Shown: piece by piece, positions 10,030 to 20,187 of the stretch | How the letters are laid out: the number at the start of each line of letters is the position of its first letter | Numbering within the stretch: position 1 is the first letter of the stretch | From: Lactobacillus johnsonii | GTDB lineage: Bacteria > Bacillota > Bacilli > Lactobacillales > Lactobacillaceae | Direction of reading: 5' to 3' | Assembly (NCBI GenBank): GCA_048407585.1 | Contig: DBFNNF010000264.1 | Coordinates: forward strand, 1-32,301 | DNA: 32,301 bases | The notes under the pieces: model-generated | Database searches by the model: none | Seen by the model: the letters and a program-made list of their open reading frames with translations, nothing else | What the model was told of the DNA's origin: nothing | Program-made: the position numbers and the translations under genes

Positions 10030-11415
10030 ATGAATAAATATGTTGTTATCTTAGCTGCTGGAAAAGGTACCCGTATGAAGTCAAAGCTTTACAAGGTATT
10101 ACATAAGGTTTGCGGAAAAACTATGGTAGAACATGTCGTTGATGCAGCAAAGGGAACTAATCCAGATAAGATTATCACTGTTGTTGGTAATGGCGCAGAG
10201 AGTGTTAAAGATGTATTAGCAGGTCAGTCAGAATTTGCTTTTCAAGAAAAGCAATTAGGAACTGGAGATGCAGTTTTAGCAGCAAATGATCTATTAGAAA
10301 AGTTAGAGGGATCAACTTTAGTTGCTACTGGGGATACTCCATTATTTACAGCTGAAACCTTTAATAACTTATTTAAAAAACACGAAGAGAGCGGAAATAG
10401 TGCAACTGTTTTGACCGCAAAAGCTCCAAATCCATTTGGCTATGGACGTATCATTCGTGACGAAGATGGAAATGTTCTGAGAATTGTTGAACAAAAAGAT
10501 GGTACTCCAGAAGAGTTAGCTGTTGATGAAATTAATACTGGTGTTTTTTGTTTTGACAATAAAGAATTATTTAAAGCTCTAAAACAAGTAGGTAACGACA
10601 ACGCACAAGGTGAATACTATCTAACTGATGTTTTAGAAATTATGCGCAAGGCTGGTCACAAGGTCGGTGCATATGAAATGCCAGACTTTAGCGAAAGTCT
10701 AGGGGTTAACGACCGAATTGCTCTTGCTCAAGCAACTAAAATTATGCAAAGAAGAATCAATGAGGAACACATGAGAAACGGTGTATCATTTATTGATCCT
10801 GATACTGCATATATTGATAGCGATGTTAAAATTGGCAACGATACTGTTATCGAAGGAAATGTTGTTATTAAGGGTAAGACTGAAATCGGTAGTAATTGTT
10901 ATATCACTAATAGTTCAAGAATTATTGACTCTAAGATTGGTAATAATGTAACTATTACTTCTTCAACTCTTCAAGAAGCTCAAATGGATGATAATACTGA
11001 TATTGGCCCTAACTCTCACCTTCGTCCAAAGGCAGTAATTCGCAAAGGTGCACATATTGGTAACTTTGTTGAAATTAAGAAGGCTGAAATTGGTGAAAAT
11101 ACCAAGGTAGGACACTTAACTTATGTTGGGGATGCAACTTTAGGTAAAGATATTAATATTGGCTGCGGAACTATTTTCTCTAACTACGATGGCGTTAAGA
11201 AGTTCCATACTAATGTTGGTGATCATTCATTCATTGGTGCCGGTGCTACGATTATTGCTCCAGTTAATATTGCCGATCATGCATTTGTTGCAGCAGATTC
11301 TACAATTACTAAAGATGTTGAGAAGTACGATATGGCAATTGCTAGAGGTAGACAAACTAATAAACCAGATTATTGGCACAAATTACCTTTAGCAAAAGAT
11401 AAAGAATGGAAATAA
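10030..11415 (+). CDS. glmU: Bifunctional UDP-GlcNAc pyrophosphorylase / GlcN-1-P acetyltransferase
   Basis: [26 protein letters not shown], hexapeptide repeats, HLTYVGDA. Confidence 0.98.
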   Translation: MNKYVVILAAGKGTRMKSKLYKVLHKVCGKTMVEHVVDAAKGTNPDKIITVVGNGAESVKDVLAGQSEFAFQEKQLGTGDAVLAANDLLEKLEGSTLVATGDTPLFTAETFNNLFKKHEESGNSATVLTAKAPNPFGYGRIIRDEDGNVLRIVEQKDGTPEELAVDEINTGVFCFDNKELFKALKQVGNDNAQGEYYLTDVLEIMRKAGHKVGAYEMPDFSESLGVNDRIALAQATKIMQRRINEEHMRNGVSFIDPDTAYIDSDVKIGNDTVIEGNVVIKGKTEIGSNCYITNSSRIIDSKIGNNVTITSSTLQEAQMDDNTDIGPNSHLRPKAVIRKGAHIGNFVEIKKAEIGENTKVGHLTYVGDATLGKDINIGCGTIFSNYDGVKKFHTNVGDHSFIGAGATIIAPVNIADHAFVAADSTITKDVEKYDMAIARGRQTNKPDYWHKLPLAKDKEWK

Positions 11416-11419
11416 ATTT

Positions 11420-11451
11420 AAAAGAAGTTGTTAAATACAACTTCTTTTTTT
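11420..11451 (+). terminator. Intrinsic terminator after glmU
   Basis: AAAAGAAGTTG-ttaaata-CAACTTCTTTTTTT. Confidence 0.85.
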
Positions 11452-11525
11452 GCTATTTACAAGCGTAACAAGCATTTTTTTGCTATTATTAAATGTGGAA
11501 TTGTAATTTTTCGGTGGAGGAAATT

Positions 11526-12497
11526 ATGTCTCAATTAGACAAAGAAATTAAAATTTTTGCGCTCAACTCTAATAAGCCTTTAGCAGAAAAAATTGCTGAT
11601 AAGGTGGGAGTTAAGCTTGGTAAGTCTGATGTTAAACGTTTCAGCGATGGTGAAATTCAAATTAACATCGATGAATCAGTTCGTGGTAAAGATGTTTATT
11701 TAGTACAATCAACCTCAGCTCCAGTAAATGATAATTTAATGGAATTGTTGATCATGATTGATGCTGTTAAGCGGGCTTCAGCTAGAAGCGTTAACTTAGT
11801 TATGCCTTACTACGGATACGCACGTCAAGATAGAAAAACACGTGCACGTGAACCAATTACAGCTAAGTTAGTAGCTGATATGTTACAAAAAGCTGGTGCT
11901 GATCGAGTACTTTCACTTGATTTACATGCCCCACAAATTCAAGGCTTCTTTGATATTCCTGTTGATAATTTGATGGGAGCACCTCTTCTTGCTGACTACT
12001 TCTTGAGTCATGATTTAGAAAAAGATGCCGTTGTAGTTTCCCCTGATCATGGTGGTGTAACTAGAGCAAGAAAGCTAGCAGAATTCCTTAAGACTCCAAT
12101 TGCAATTGTGGATAAGCGCCGTCCAAAGGCAAATGTTGCTGAAGTTATGAACATTATTGGAGATGTAAAAGGCAAGCGTGCCATTATTATTGATGATATG
12201 ATCGATACTGCTGGTACTATTACTTTAGCATCTCAAGCTTTAATGGATGCTGGTGCAACTGAAGTTTATGCTTCAGCTACCCATGCTGTTTTATCAGGTC
12301 CCGCAATTGAACGTTTGAATAATTCACCAATTAAGAAATTGATCTTAACTGATTCAATTAACCAACCTGAAGAAAAAGATTTATCTAAGGCTGAAATTGT
12401 TTCTGTTGGACCATTAATGGGTGAAGCAATTAAATTGATTCAAGAGCATAAACCAGTTAGTCCACTATTTAATACTCGTTTTCAATCACATAATTAA
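11526..12497 (+). CDS. prs: Ribose-phosphate pyrophosphokinase
   Basis: [40 protein letters not shown]. Start placed at the ATG after GGAGG. Confidence 0.98.
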   Translation: MSQLDKEIKIFALNSNKPLAEKIADKVGVKLGKSDVKRFSDGEIQINIDESVRGKDVYLVQSTSAPVNDNLMELLIMIDAVKRASARSVNLVMPYYGYARQDRKTRAREPITAKLVADMLQKAGADRVLSLDLHAPQIQGFFDIPVDNLMGAPLLADYFLSHDLEKDAVVVSPDHGGVTRARKLAEFLKTPIAIVDKRRPKANVAEVMNIIGDVKGKRAIIIDDMIDTAGTITLASQALMDAGATEVYASATHAVLSGPAIERLNNSPIKKLILTDSINQPEEKDLSKAEIVSVGPLMGEAIKLIQEHKPVSPLFNTRFQSHN

Positions 12498-12502
12498 GTA
12501 AT

Positions 12503-12544
12503 AAGAACCAATACCTAAATGCTTAGGTATTGGTTCTTTGTTTA
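12503..12544 (+). terminator. Long-stem terminator after prs
   Basis: Perfect 16-bp stem AAGAACCAATACCTAA-atgc-TTAGGTATTGGTTCTT followed by TGTTT. Confidence 0.85.
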
Positions 12545-12572
12545 TAAAAGCTATACCTTTATTTTAAAAATA

Positions 12573-12587
12573 AAAAAGCGTTTACAT
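12573..12587. promoter_or_regulatory. cre-like (CcpA) site overlapping the putative -35 of the LacI regulator
   Basis: Reverse complement ATGTAAACGCTTTTT partly matches TGWAANCGNTNWCA; overlaps TTTACA (12581-12586). Confidence 0.5.
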
Positions 12588-12647
12588 ATTTCCGATAATT
12601 AAGGTAGTATATAAACTATACAGTTTTAAAGAGGGAACTATGGGAAT

Positions 12648-13592
12648 ATGACTACTTTATCTGATGTAGCAAAAAAAGCTAGTGTATCTAAGATGACAGT
12701 ATCGCGGGTTATTAATCATCCGCAACAGGTGACGCCAGAATTAAGAAAAATTGTGGAAAAAGCAATGGAGCAATTGAATTATCATCCCAATTCAATTGCG
12801 AGTGCTTTAGCTCATAATCGGACTAATGTGGTTAAATTGGTAATTTTAGAAGATATTGATACAACCGAACCATACTATATGAATCTACTTTTTGGGATTG
12901 CTAAAGGACTAAGCAAAAAACACTACGCGATTCAATTAGCCACAGATAGGGATGTTGGCGGAGGAGACGGCTACATTATAACTGGTGGGCGAGCAACGGA
13001 TGCAGAATGGTTAGATCAATTAGATAAACCTTTTGTTTTATTTGGAGAAAATCGCTACGGTTATGATTTTATTGATACAGATAACAAATTAGGTGAACAG
13101 CTGGCTACACAGTATGCACTTAATAAAAATTATCAATCAGTTGTTTTCATTGGAATTGATGAAAAAGAGCCTTTTGAATATTCAAGAGAAGCTGGCTACA
13201 TCAATACACTTCAGAAACATAATATGATTCCAAAAATTTTTCGCATCCAAAACCATAGTAGTCTGGCTGAAAAATTAATTATTGATAATTGGAGAAAATT
13301 CGCACCAAATACATGCTTTATTTGTGCTAGTGATCGAATTGCAGTCGGAGTAGTACGAGCTATACAAAGAAAGAATGGAAATATTCCTCGGGATTTTGGT
13401 GTGATTGGTTTTGACGGAGTCTTTTTAGATCAAGTCTCAAATCCAAAACTCACTACAGTTAAGCAAAATTTATTTAAGCTCGGTGAGCTCTTAGCTGGGA
13501 TGATTCTACAAAAAATTAAACAAGATGGAGCTCAACAAGGTGAGGTTTTGATTGAACCAGAATTAATAAAAAGTGAATCTACAAGAAAGTAA
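12648..13592 (+). CDS. malR: LacI-family regulator of the maltodextrin locus (MalR/MdxR-like)
   Basis: LacI HTH TLSDVAKKASVSKMTVSRVIN; C-terminal GFDG...P.LTTV.Q; adjacent to the maltodextrin genes. Confidence 0.85.
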   Translation: MTTLSDVAKKASVSKMTVSRVINHPQQVTPELRKIVEKAMEQLNYHPNSIASALAHNRTNVVKLVILEDIDTTEPYYMNLLFGIAKGLSKKHYAIQLATDRDVGGGDGYIITGGRATDAEWLDQLDKPFVLFGENRYGYDFIDTDNKLGEQLATQYALNKNYQSVVFIGIDEKEPFEYSREAGYINTLQKHNMIPKIFRIQNHSSLAEKLIIDNWRKFAPNTCFICASDRIAVGVVRAIQRKNGNIPRDFGVIGFDGVFLDQVSNPKLTTVKQNLFKLGELLAGMILQKIKQDGAQQGEVLIEPELIKSESTRK

Positions 13593-13618
13593 GAAGCTGT
13601 CTAAACAGCTTCTTTTTT
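13591..13618 (+). terminator. Intrinsic terminator after the LacI regulator
   Basis: AAGAAGCTGT-ctaa-ACAGCTTCTT-TTTT. Confidence 0.85.
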
Positions 13619-13631
13619 GATACCGGTAACA
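13618..13631. promoter_or_regulatory. LacI-type operator, copy 1
   Basis: TGATACCGGTAACA near-palindrome with central CG; identical copy at 17150-17163. Confidence 0.8.
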
Positions 13632-13643
13632 GATAAAATTCAC

Positions 13644-13657
13644 TGTAAGCGCTTAAA
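13644..13657. promoter_or_regulatory. cre site (CcpA)
   Basis: TGTAAGCGCTTAAA, one mismatch from TGTAAGCGCTTACA. Confidence 0.75.
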
Positions 13658-13695
13658 ATAATTGCTTAAAATAAAATTCATGGAGGATGTGTATT

Positions 13696-15351
13696 ATGAG
13701 ACATTGGTATGATCAAGCAATTATTTATCAAATATATCCTAAGTCTTTTCAAGATTCCAATAATGACGGTGTTGGTGACTTAAATGGAATAAGAAAGAGA
13801 ATACCGTATTTAAAGGAATTAGGAATCAATGCTGTTTGGCTAAATCCAATTTTTGTTTCTCCACAAGTGGATAATGGCTATGATGTATCAAATTATTTTG
13901 CTATTGATCCAAAGATGGGAACAATGGAGGATATGGACAACTTAATTAAAGAGATGCATGAGGCTGGTATTCATGTAATTATGGACTTTGTATTGAACCA
14001 TACTTCTGATCAGCATCCCTGGTTTCAAGATGCTATAAAAAATCCAGAAAGTATATATCGCGACTATTATATTTTTGCTGGAGAAAACAATCAGCGTCCA
14101 AATAATTGGGGAAGTTTTTTCGGAGGAAGTGTTTGGGAAAAGGATCCTGCAGGAACTGGACAATTTTATTTCCATCTTTTTGATAAAAGAATGCCTGATT
14201 TGAATTGGAAGAATCCCGAAGTTAGACATGCAATGACCGAGATTGCAAAATATTGGTTGGAAAAGGGTATTGATGGATTAAGACTGGATGCCTTTATTCA
14301 TATTGCAAAAGCCGATCTAAGACAGAATTTTCCGGTTAATAGTAAAGATGAAGAGCCAGTAATTGCAGAACCATTTTTTGCTAATTTACCACAAGTTCAA
14401 AAATGGATGCGTCCATTTTGTGAAGAAATAAAACAGGATTATCCTGATGCATTACTTTTAGGGGAAGCAGCAAGTGCAAATGTGAATTTGGCTGTGGATT
14501 ATACAAATCAGGACAATCATTTAATGGATAGTGTAATTACTTTTAGATATTTTACTGAAGATCAGAGCAAAATTGATCCTAGTTTTTTGAGTAATTATCA
14601 ACCTAAGCCATTAGATTGGGTTAAATTTAAACAAAATCAAACTATTTGGCAGCAGACCTTAAGTGGAATTTCTAAACCTACTCTTTATTGGAATAATCAT
14701 GATATGGCAAGGCTGGCAACTAGGATTGCTAAAAATGATATTCAAGCAAGAAGTTTAGCAATGCTGATGTACTTACAGTGCGGTACTCCAATCATTTATT
14801 ACGGTGAAGAGTTGGGGATGAAGAATTTACAATTTGAAGATATAAATGATTTTGAAGATGACACTGTAAAAGATTTTGTGAAGAGCGCAGAAAAGGCAGG
14901 TAAGACTTCAAAAGAAGCACTGTTAATGGCAAGCCAAACCCACAAGCTGCCTGCTCGAGGTCCAATGCCATGGGATAACGAAAGAAATAATGGCTTTACA
15001 GAAAAAGAGCCTTGGATTAAAGGCAGGAAGCTTGATAAGGCAAATGTAGCTGATGAAATAGCAGATGATAGTAGTATGTTTAACTTTTACAAAAAGCTTA
15101 TTAGCTTGAAGAAAGAACAACTATTTCAAGAGGGTAATTATTATTTATGGCCAACGTCAAATGGGAGCTATGTCTATGAGCGTAATTTAAAAGATAAAAA
15201 AGCTCTTATTGCTGTTTCTTTGAGTCAAGAACCGATTGAACTTGAAGTAGGAAAAGAATTTAGTAATGAAAGATTATCAGCTGGTCAATATGATTTAGTG
15301 GCAGGAAAATTAAGACTAGAGCCATATGCCGGAGTAGTATTAGAAAATTAA
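13696..15351 (+). CDS. malL: GH13 alpha-glucosidase (oligo-1,6-glucosidase-like, MalL-type)
   Basis: YQIYPKSFQDSN.DG.GDL, DNGYD, VLNHTSDQHPWF, and catalytic RLDA / GE / NNHD. Start placed at the ATG after GGAGG. Confidence 0.85.
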   Translation: MRHWYDQAIIYQIYPKSFQDSNNDGVGDLNGIRKRIPYLKELGINAVWLNPIFVSPQVDNGYDVSNYFAIDPKMGTMEDMDNLIKEMHEAGIHVIMDFVLNHTSDQHPWFQDAIKNPESIYRDYYIFAGENNQRPNNWGSFFGGSVWEKDPAGTGQFYFHLFDKRMPDLNWKNPEVRHAMTEIAKYWLEKGIDGLRLDAFIHIAKADLRQNFPVNSKDEEPVIAEPFFANLPQVQKWMRPFCEEIKQDYPDALLLGEAASANVNLAVDYTNQDNHLMDSVITFRYFTEDQSKIDPSFLSNYQPKPLDWVKFKQNQTIWQQTLSGISKPTLYWNNHDMARLATRIAKNDIQARSLAMLMYLQCGTPIIYYGEELGMKNLQFEDINDFEDDTVKDFVKSAEKAGKTSKEALLMASQTHKLPARGPMPWDNERNNGFTEKEPWIKGRKLDKANVADEIADDSSMFNFYKKLISLKKEQLFQEGNYYLWPTSNGSYVYERNLKDKKALIAVSLSQEPIELEVGKEFSNERLSAGQYDLVAGKLRLEPYAGVVLEN

Positions 15352-15370
15352 AAAGATTGAGGAATAAAAT

Positions 15371-17095
15371 ATGCAACTTGCAGCTTTAAAACACAGAACT
15401 GAAAGTGAAGATTGTTTTGTTATTGATCATTCACACGTTAAAATTAGACTTCATACAGCAAAAGATGATGTGGAAAAAGTAATTGTTCATTACACTGATA
15501 ACTATTTACCACCAGAGCAAGCGAAGGAACTTGAGATGGAGAAAGCGGGTAGAGGTCAAGTTAGTGATTACTGGACAGTAACTTTAACTGCACCTTATCA
15601 TCGGATTAAATACACCTTTGAAGTAATTGGAAAAGATGGAAATCGTTATATCTTTGGTGATCGTAGTATTGAAAAATTTAGTGATGAAAAATTAAGAGAA
15701 GACGGAATGTATTTTAAAGTTCCATACTTCCATGATATTGATCGAATCAAAACACCAAAATGGCTTAAGGATATTGTATGGTATCAAATTTTTCCAGAGC
15801 GTTTTGCTAATGGCGATAAAAGTAATGATCCAGTAAATGTTAAAGAATGGAATCCAGAAGATCATCCAGGCAGAGAAGATTTTTATGGTGGAGACTTACA
15901 GGGAGTTTTAGATCATCTAGATGATCTACAGAAATTAGGAGTTACGGGATTATATTTCTGCCCAATTTTTAAGGCAAGTTCTAATCATAAATATGACACA
16001 ATTGATTATTTACAAGTAGATCCAGCATTTGGAGACAAGGATTTATTTGCAAAAGTAGTTAATGAAGCACATAAGCGTGGGATGAAAGTGATGCTTGATG
16101 CTGTATTTAATCACTTAGGTGATCAATCAATGCAGTGGCAAGATGTAGTTAAAAATGGCGAAAAATCACGCTTTAAAAATTGGTTCCACATTAATTCATA
16201 TCCTGTTGAACCATATCGTGACCCAAGTAAAGGTGAAAAAAATCCACCATATGAAACTTTTGCCTTTGAAAAACATATGCCTAAATTAAATACGGCTAAC
16301 CCAGCAGTACAGGACTTTTTATTAGAAATTGCGACCTACTGGGTAAAATATTTTGATATTGATGCTTGGCGGCTAGATGTTGCAAATGAAGTTGACCACC
16401 ATTTCTGGAAGAGATTCCATGATGAATTAGTTAAAATAAAGCCTGATTTCTATATTGTTGGGGAAATATGGCATTCAGCTCGTCCATGGCTTCAGGGAGA
16501 TCAATTTACAGGTGTAATGAATTATCCATATACTTTGCAAATTGAAGACCACTTCTTCAAACATAAAATGGATGCTAAAGACCTTAGTGAACACCTAACT
16601 GATCAGTTAATGATGTATCCGGATATGGTTGACCAGGCTATGATGAATATGCTTGATTCCCACGATACGGCTAGAATTTTAACTTTAGCAAAAGACAATC
16701 AAGACTTAGCTTTGCAAGCAGTTGCGTATGAATTTGTTCAACCTGGAGTGCCATGTATTTACTATGGAACAGAAATGGGGATGAGCGGTGATAATGATCC
16801 AGATTGTCGTAAACCAATGGATTGGAGTAAGATAAATGGTCCAGTATGGCAAAGAGTCCATGAATTAGTGAAATTCAGACTAGATCATAGTGATACCTTA
16901 AATAAAGGTACTGTTAAGTTAACGGTAACAGAAAAAGGACTTCTAAAAGTTGAACGAACAGGCAAAGAAACAATAAAGGCCTACTATAATACCAGTAAAC
17001 ATAATGTGAAAATTGATAAAACAGCAGCTCTTAGTCAGAATTATAAAGCGGGAGTGTTAGCGCCAGATGGCTTTTTGATTGAGATTAAAGCTTAA
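15371..17095 (+). CDS. GH13_20 neopullulanase / maltogenic amylase / cyclomaltodextrinase
   Basis: N-terminal extra domain, WYQIFPERFANGD, NHKYDT.DY, DAVFNH, MPKLN, WRLDVANE, GEIW, LDSHDT, DPDCR. Confidence 0.92.
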   Translation: MQLAALKHRTESEDCFVIDHSHVKIRLHTAKDDVEKVIVHYTDNYLPPEQAKELEMEKAGRGQVSDYWTVTLTAPYHRIKYTFEVIGKDGNRYIFGDRSIEKFSDEKLREDGMYFKVPYFHDIDRIKTPKWLKDIVWYQIFPERFANGDKSNDPVNVKEWNPEDHPGREDFYGGDLQGVLDHLDDLQKLGVTGLYFCPIFKASSNHKYDTIDYLQVDPAFGDKDLFAKVVNEAHKRGMKVMLDAVFNHLGDQSMQWQDVVKNGEKSRFKNWFHINSYPVEPYRDPSKGEKNPPYETFAFEKHMPKLNTANPAVQDFLLEIATYWVKYFDIDAWRLDVANEVDHHFWKRFHDELVKIKPDFYIVGEIWHSARPWLQGDQFTGVMNYPYTLQIEDHFFKHKMDAKDLSEHLTDQLMMYPDMVDQAMMNMLDSHDTARILTLAKDNQDLALQAVAYEFVQPGVPCIYYGTEMGMSGDNDPDCRKPMDWSKINGPVWQRVHELVKFRLDHSDTLNKGTVKLTVTEKGLLKVERTGKETIKAYYNTSKHNVKIDKTAALSQNYKAGVLAPDGFLIEIKA

Positions 17096-17107
17096 TATAT
17101 GAAGAAT

Positions 17108-17137
17108 AAAAAGCAGCAATAAGATGCTGCTTTTTTT
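17108..17137 (+). terminator. Intrinsic terminator
   Basis: AAAAAGCAGCA-ataaga-TGCTGCTTTTTTT. Confidence 0.85.
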
Positions 17138-17149
17138 CTTATAAATTTT

Positions 17150-17163
17150 TGATACCGGTAACA
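17150..17163. promoter_or_regulatory. LacI-type operator, copy 2
   Basis: TGATACCGGTAACA, identical to 13618-13631. Confidence 0.8.
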
Positions 17164-17177
17164 TTAAAACAAACATT

Positions 17178-17191
17178 GTTAAGCGCTTTCA
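17178..17191. promoter_or_regulatory. cre site (CcpA)
   Basis: Reverse complement TGAAAGCGCTTAAC. Confidence 0.7.
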
Positions 17192-17249
17192 ATGATTAGA
17201 TAATAGATTTGTAAATAAAAAGACTTCACGAAAGTGATGGAGAATGATG

Positions 17250-19520
17250 ATGAAGAGAATTTTTGAGGTTGATCCTTGGAAAGTAACGACACATGAATTT
17301 TCTAAGGAAGATAAAAGGTTACAAGAAAGTATTACTGCAATTGGTAACGATTATATGGGAATGAGAGGAAACTTTGAGGAGGGTTACTCTGGCGACACAC
17401 TTCAAGGAACATATTTAGCAGGTGTGTGGTTCCCAGATAAGACAGTTGTTGGTTGGTGGAAAAATGGATACCCAAAATACTTCGGTAAGACACCAAATGC
17501 TCCAAGTTTTATTGGAATTGGGATCACCGTCAATGGTGAAAAAATTGATTTAGCTAAAGTAAAGTTTAGTGATTTTGAATTATCTCTTGATATGCATCAA
17601 GGACTTCTTTCAAGAAGTTTTATCTATGAAGGTAAAGATGTCAAAGTTAGATTTGAATTTGAACGTTTTCTTCATATTGTGCAAAAAGAAGCTGCTTTAA
17701 TTAAGGTAAAAGCGACAGTACTTAAAGGAGAGGCCAAGATTGATTTTGATTCCACTTTAGATGGAACAGTTGTTAACGAAGATAGCAACTATGATGAACG
17801 CTTCTGGATTCCACTTGGTGAGAATAAGGATACAAAAACTATCCAAGTAAAAACTAAGCCTAATTCATATGAAGTGCCTCAATTTACAGTTTTACTTAAA
17901 GAATCTTTACGTCATAATGGTGAAATAATTCAAACTGAAGTTTCTACTAAAGAAGCGAAGTTAAGCGAAAAATTTACAGTTGAATTAAGTGAAGGACAAA
18001 GCTACGAACTTGAAAAAGACGTTATTGTTGTAACAAGTAGAGATGTTGAAGAAAAAGATCAAGCAAGTATTGCTGAAGATTTAATGAATAAGCTTCAATC
18101 AAAGAGCTTTGAAGAAAACTTAGCTGATCATACAGCTACTTGGAAGAAGCGCTGGGAAACTAGTGATGTTGAAATTGCAGGCGATGCAGCTGCACAACAA
18201 GGTATTCGTTTTAACATTATTCAATTATTCATGACTTACTACGGTGAAGATGAAAGATTGAATGTGGGTCCAAAAGGATTTACTGGTGAAAAATATGGTG
18301 GAGCAACTTACTGGGATACAGAAGCATTTATTGTTCCGATGTATCTTGCCATTACTAAGCCAGATGTTACAAAGGCACTTCTTCAATATCGTCATAATCA
18401 ATTGCCAGGGGCATATCACAATGCTAAGGAACAAGGCCTTCCAGGAGCCTTGTTCCCAATGGTAACTTTCAATGGTATTGAATGTCATAACGAATGGGAA
18501 ATTACTTTTGAAGAAATCCACAGAAATGCTGATATTCCACATGCAATTGCTATGTATACCGAATATACCGGCGATGATAGCTATGTTAAGAATGAAGGTA
18601 TGGATGTCTTAGTTGGAACTGCAAGATTCTGGGCAGCTCGAGTTCATTGGTCTAAGTGGCGTAACAAGTATGTGATGCATGGCGTTACCGGACCAAATGA
18701 ATATGAAAATAATGTCAACAATAACTGGTTTACTAACACTATGGCCAGATGGCTTCTGAAATATACGCTAGAGCGTTTACCTCTTGCAACTAAGGAAGCT
18801 CAAGAACGGGTTCATGTTACTGAAGAAGAAAAAGAAAAGTGGCAAGACATTGTTGATAAGATTTATCTACCGGAAGACAAGGAATTAGGTATTTTCTTAC
18901 AACAAGATGATTTTCTTGATAAAGAGATTCGTCCAGTCAGTGAAATTGAAGATCAACGTCCTATTAACCAACACTGGTCTTGGGATAAGATCTTAAGATC
19001 ACCATTTATTAAGCAAGCTGATGTTTTGCAAGGTATCTATTTCTTCCCAGAAAACTATACTAAGGATCAAAAAGAAAAGAACTTTGATTTCTATGAACCT
19101 TTAACTGTTCATGAAAGTTCACTTTCACCTTCAATTCACTCAGTTTTAGCTGCTGAATTAGGAAAGAAAGATAAGGCAGTTGAACTGTATGAAAGAACTG
19201 CAAGACTTGATTTAGATAATTACAACAATGATACAGTTGATGGTTTGCATATTACTTCGATGAGTGGATCATGGTTAGCTATTGTTCAGGGATTTGCTGG
19301 AATGAGATACGATCATGACCAATTGAAATTTAAGCCATTTATTCCAGATAACTGGGATCACTATAGCTTTAAGATTAACTACCGTGGTCGTTTAATTAAA
19401 GTTTATGTTGATCATCAAGAAACCAAGATCTCTTTACTTGAAGGTAAAGATCTAGAAATTCTTGTTAATGATAAGAAGGTAACGCTTAAAGAAGGTGAAA
19501 GTGAATGCTTAAAGGACTAA
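17250..19520 (+). CDS. malP: Maltose phosphorylase (GH65)
   Basis: GN.YMGMRGNFEE, GPKGFTGEKYGGATYWDTE, GPNEYE, IKQADVLQG, HESSLS. Three tandem ATGs (17244, 17247, 17250); the last has the best RBS spacing. Confidence 0.95.
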   Translation: MKRIFEVDPWKVTTHEFSKEDKRLQESITAIGNDYMGMRGNFEEGYSGDTLQGTYLAGVWFPDKTVVGWWKNGYPKYFGKTPNAPSFIGIGITVNGEKIDLAKVKFSDFELSLDMHQGLLSRSFIYEGKDVKVRFEFERFLHIVQKEAALIKVKATVLKGEAKIDFDSTLDGTVVNEDSNYDERFWIPLGENKDTKTIQVKTKPNSYEVPQFTVLLKESLRHNGEIIQTEVSTKEAKLSEKFTVELSEGQSYELEKDVIVVTSRDVEEKDQASIAEDLMNKLQSKSFEENLADHTATWKKRWETSDVEIAGDAAAQQGIRFNIIQLFMTYYGEDERLNVGPKGFTGEKYGGATYWDTEAFIVPMYLAITKPDVTKALLQYRHNQLPGAYHNAKEQGLPGALFPMVTFNGIECHNEWEITFEEIHRNADIPHAIAMYTEYTGDDSYVKNEGMDVLVGTARFWAARVHWSKWRNKYVMHGVTGPNEYENNVNNNWFTNTMARWLLKYTLERLPLATKEAQERVHVTEEEKEKWQDIVDKIYLPEDKELGIFLQQDDFLDKEIRPVSEIEDQRPINQHWSWDKILRSPFIKQADVLQGIYFFPENYTKDQKEKNFDFYEPLTVHESSLSPSIHSVLAAELGKKDKAVELYERTARLDLDNYNNDTVDGLHITSMSGSWLAIVQGFAGMRYDHDQLKFKPFIPDNWDHYSFKINYRGRLIKVYVDHQETKISLLEGKDLEILVNDKKVTLKEGESECLKD

Positions 19521-20167
19521 TTTTTGACTTAGATGGAGTTTTAACAAATTCGGCTGTCTATCATTTAACTGCTTGGAATAATTTAGCTAAGGAATTAGGG
19601 ATTAACTTAACGGATGATCAACTTGATAGCTTAAGGGGTATTTCAAGAATGGATTCTTTAAATCTGATTTTGAAATATGGCAATCAGGAAGATAAATATT
19701 CTGAAGCAGAAAAAGAAAAGTTCGCAGCAGAAAAGAATACTAAATTTGTTGAACAAGTTGAAAAAATGACGCCAGCAGATATTTTGCCAGGTATTCCAGA
19801 ACTACTTAGTGATGCAAAGAAGCAAAACTTAAAAATGGTTATTGCTTCTGCCTCAAAAAATGCACCTAAGATTTTAACAAAGTTAGGAATTATGGATGAA
19901 TTTGATGGCATTGTTGATCCAGCAACACTTCATCGCGGAAAACCAGATCCAGAAATTTATGAAAAGGCACAAGAATTGGCTGGTTTGAATGCAGACGAAG
20001 TAATTAGTTTTGAAGATGCTCAAGCCGGTGTTCAATCAATTAAAAGTGCTGGTCAATTTGCAGTTGGAATTGGGAATAAAGAGGTCTTGAAAGAGGCTGA
20101 TTATATTGTTCCAACTACTAAAGAATTGAAACTTTCAGAAATTGAATCAGTTTTTAATAAAAAATAA
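19505..20167 (+). CDS. pgmB: Beta-phosphoglucomutase
   Basis: HAD motifs FDLDGVLT, ASASKNA, KPDPEIY, EDAQAG; overlaps the maltose phosphorylase gene. Confidence 0.95.
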   Translation: MLKGLIFDLDGVLTNSAVYHLTAWNNLAKELGINLTDDQLDSLRGISRMDSLNLILKYGNQEDKYSEAEKEKFAAEKNTKFVEQVEKMTPADILPGIPELLSDAKKQNLKMVIASASKNAPKILTKLGIMDEFDGIVDPATLHRGKPDPEIYEKAQELAGLNADEVISFEDAQAGVQSIKSAGQFAVGIGNKEVLKEADYIVPTTKELKLSEIESVFNKK

Positions 20168-20187
20168 GAGGGAAGTAGGGAAAGAGA

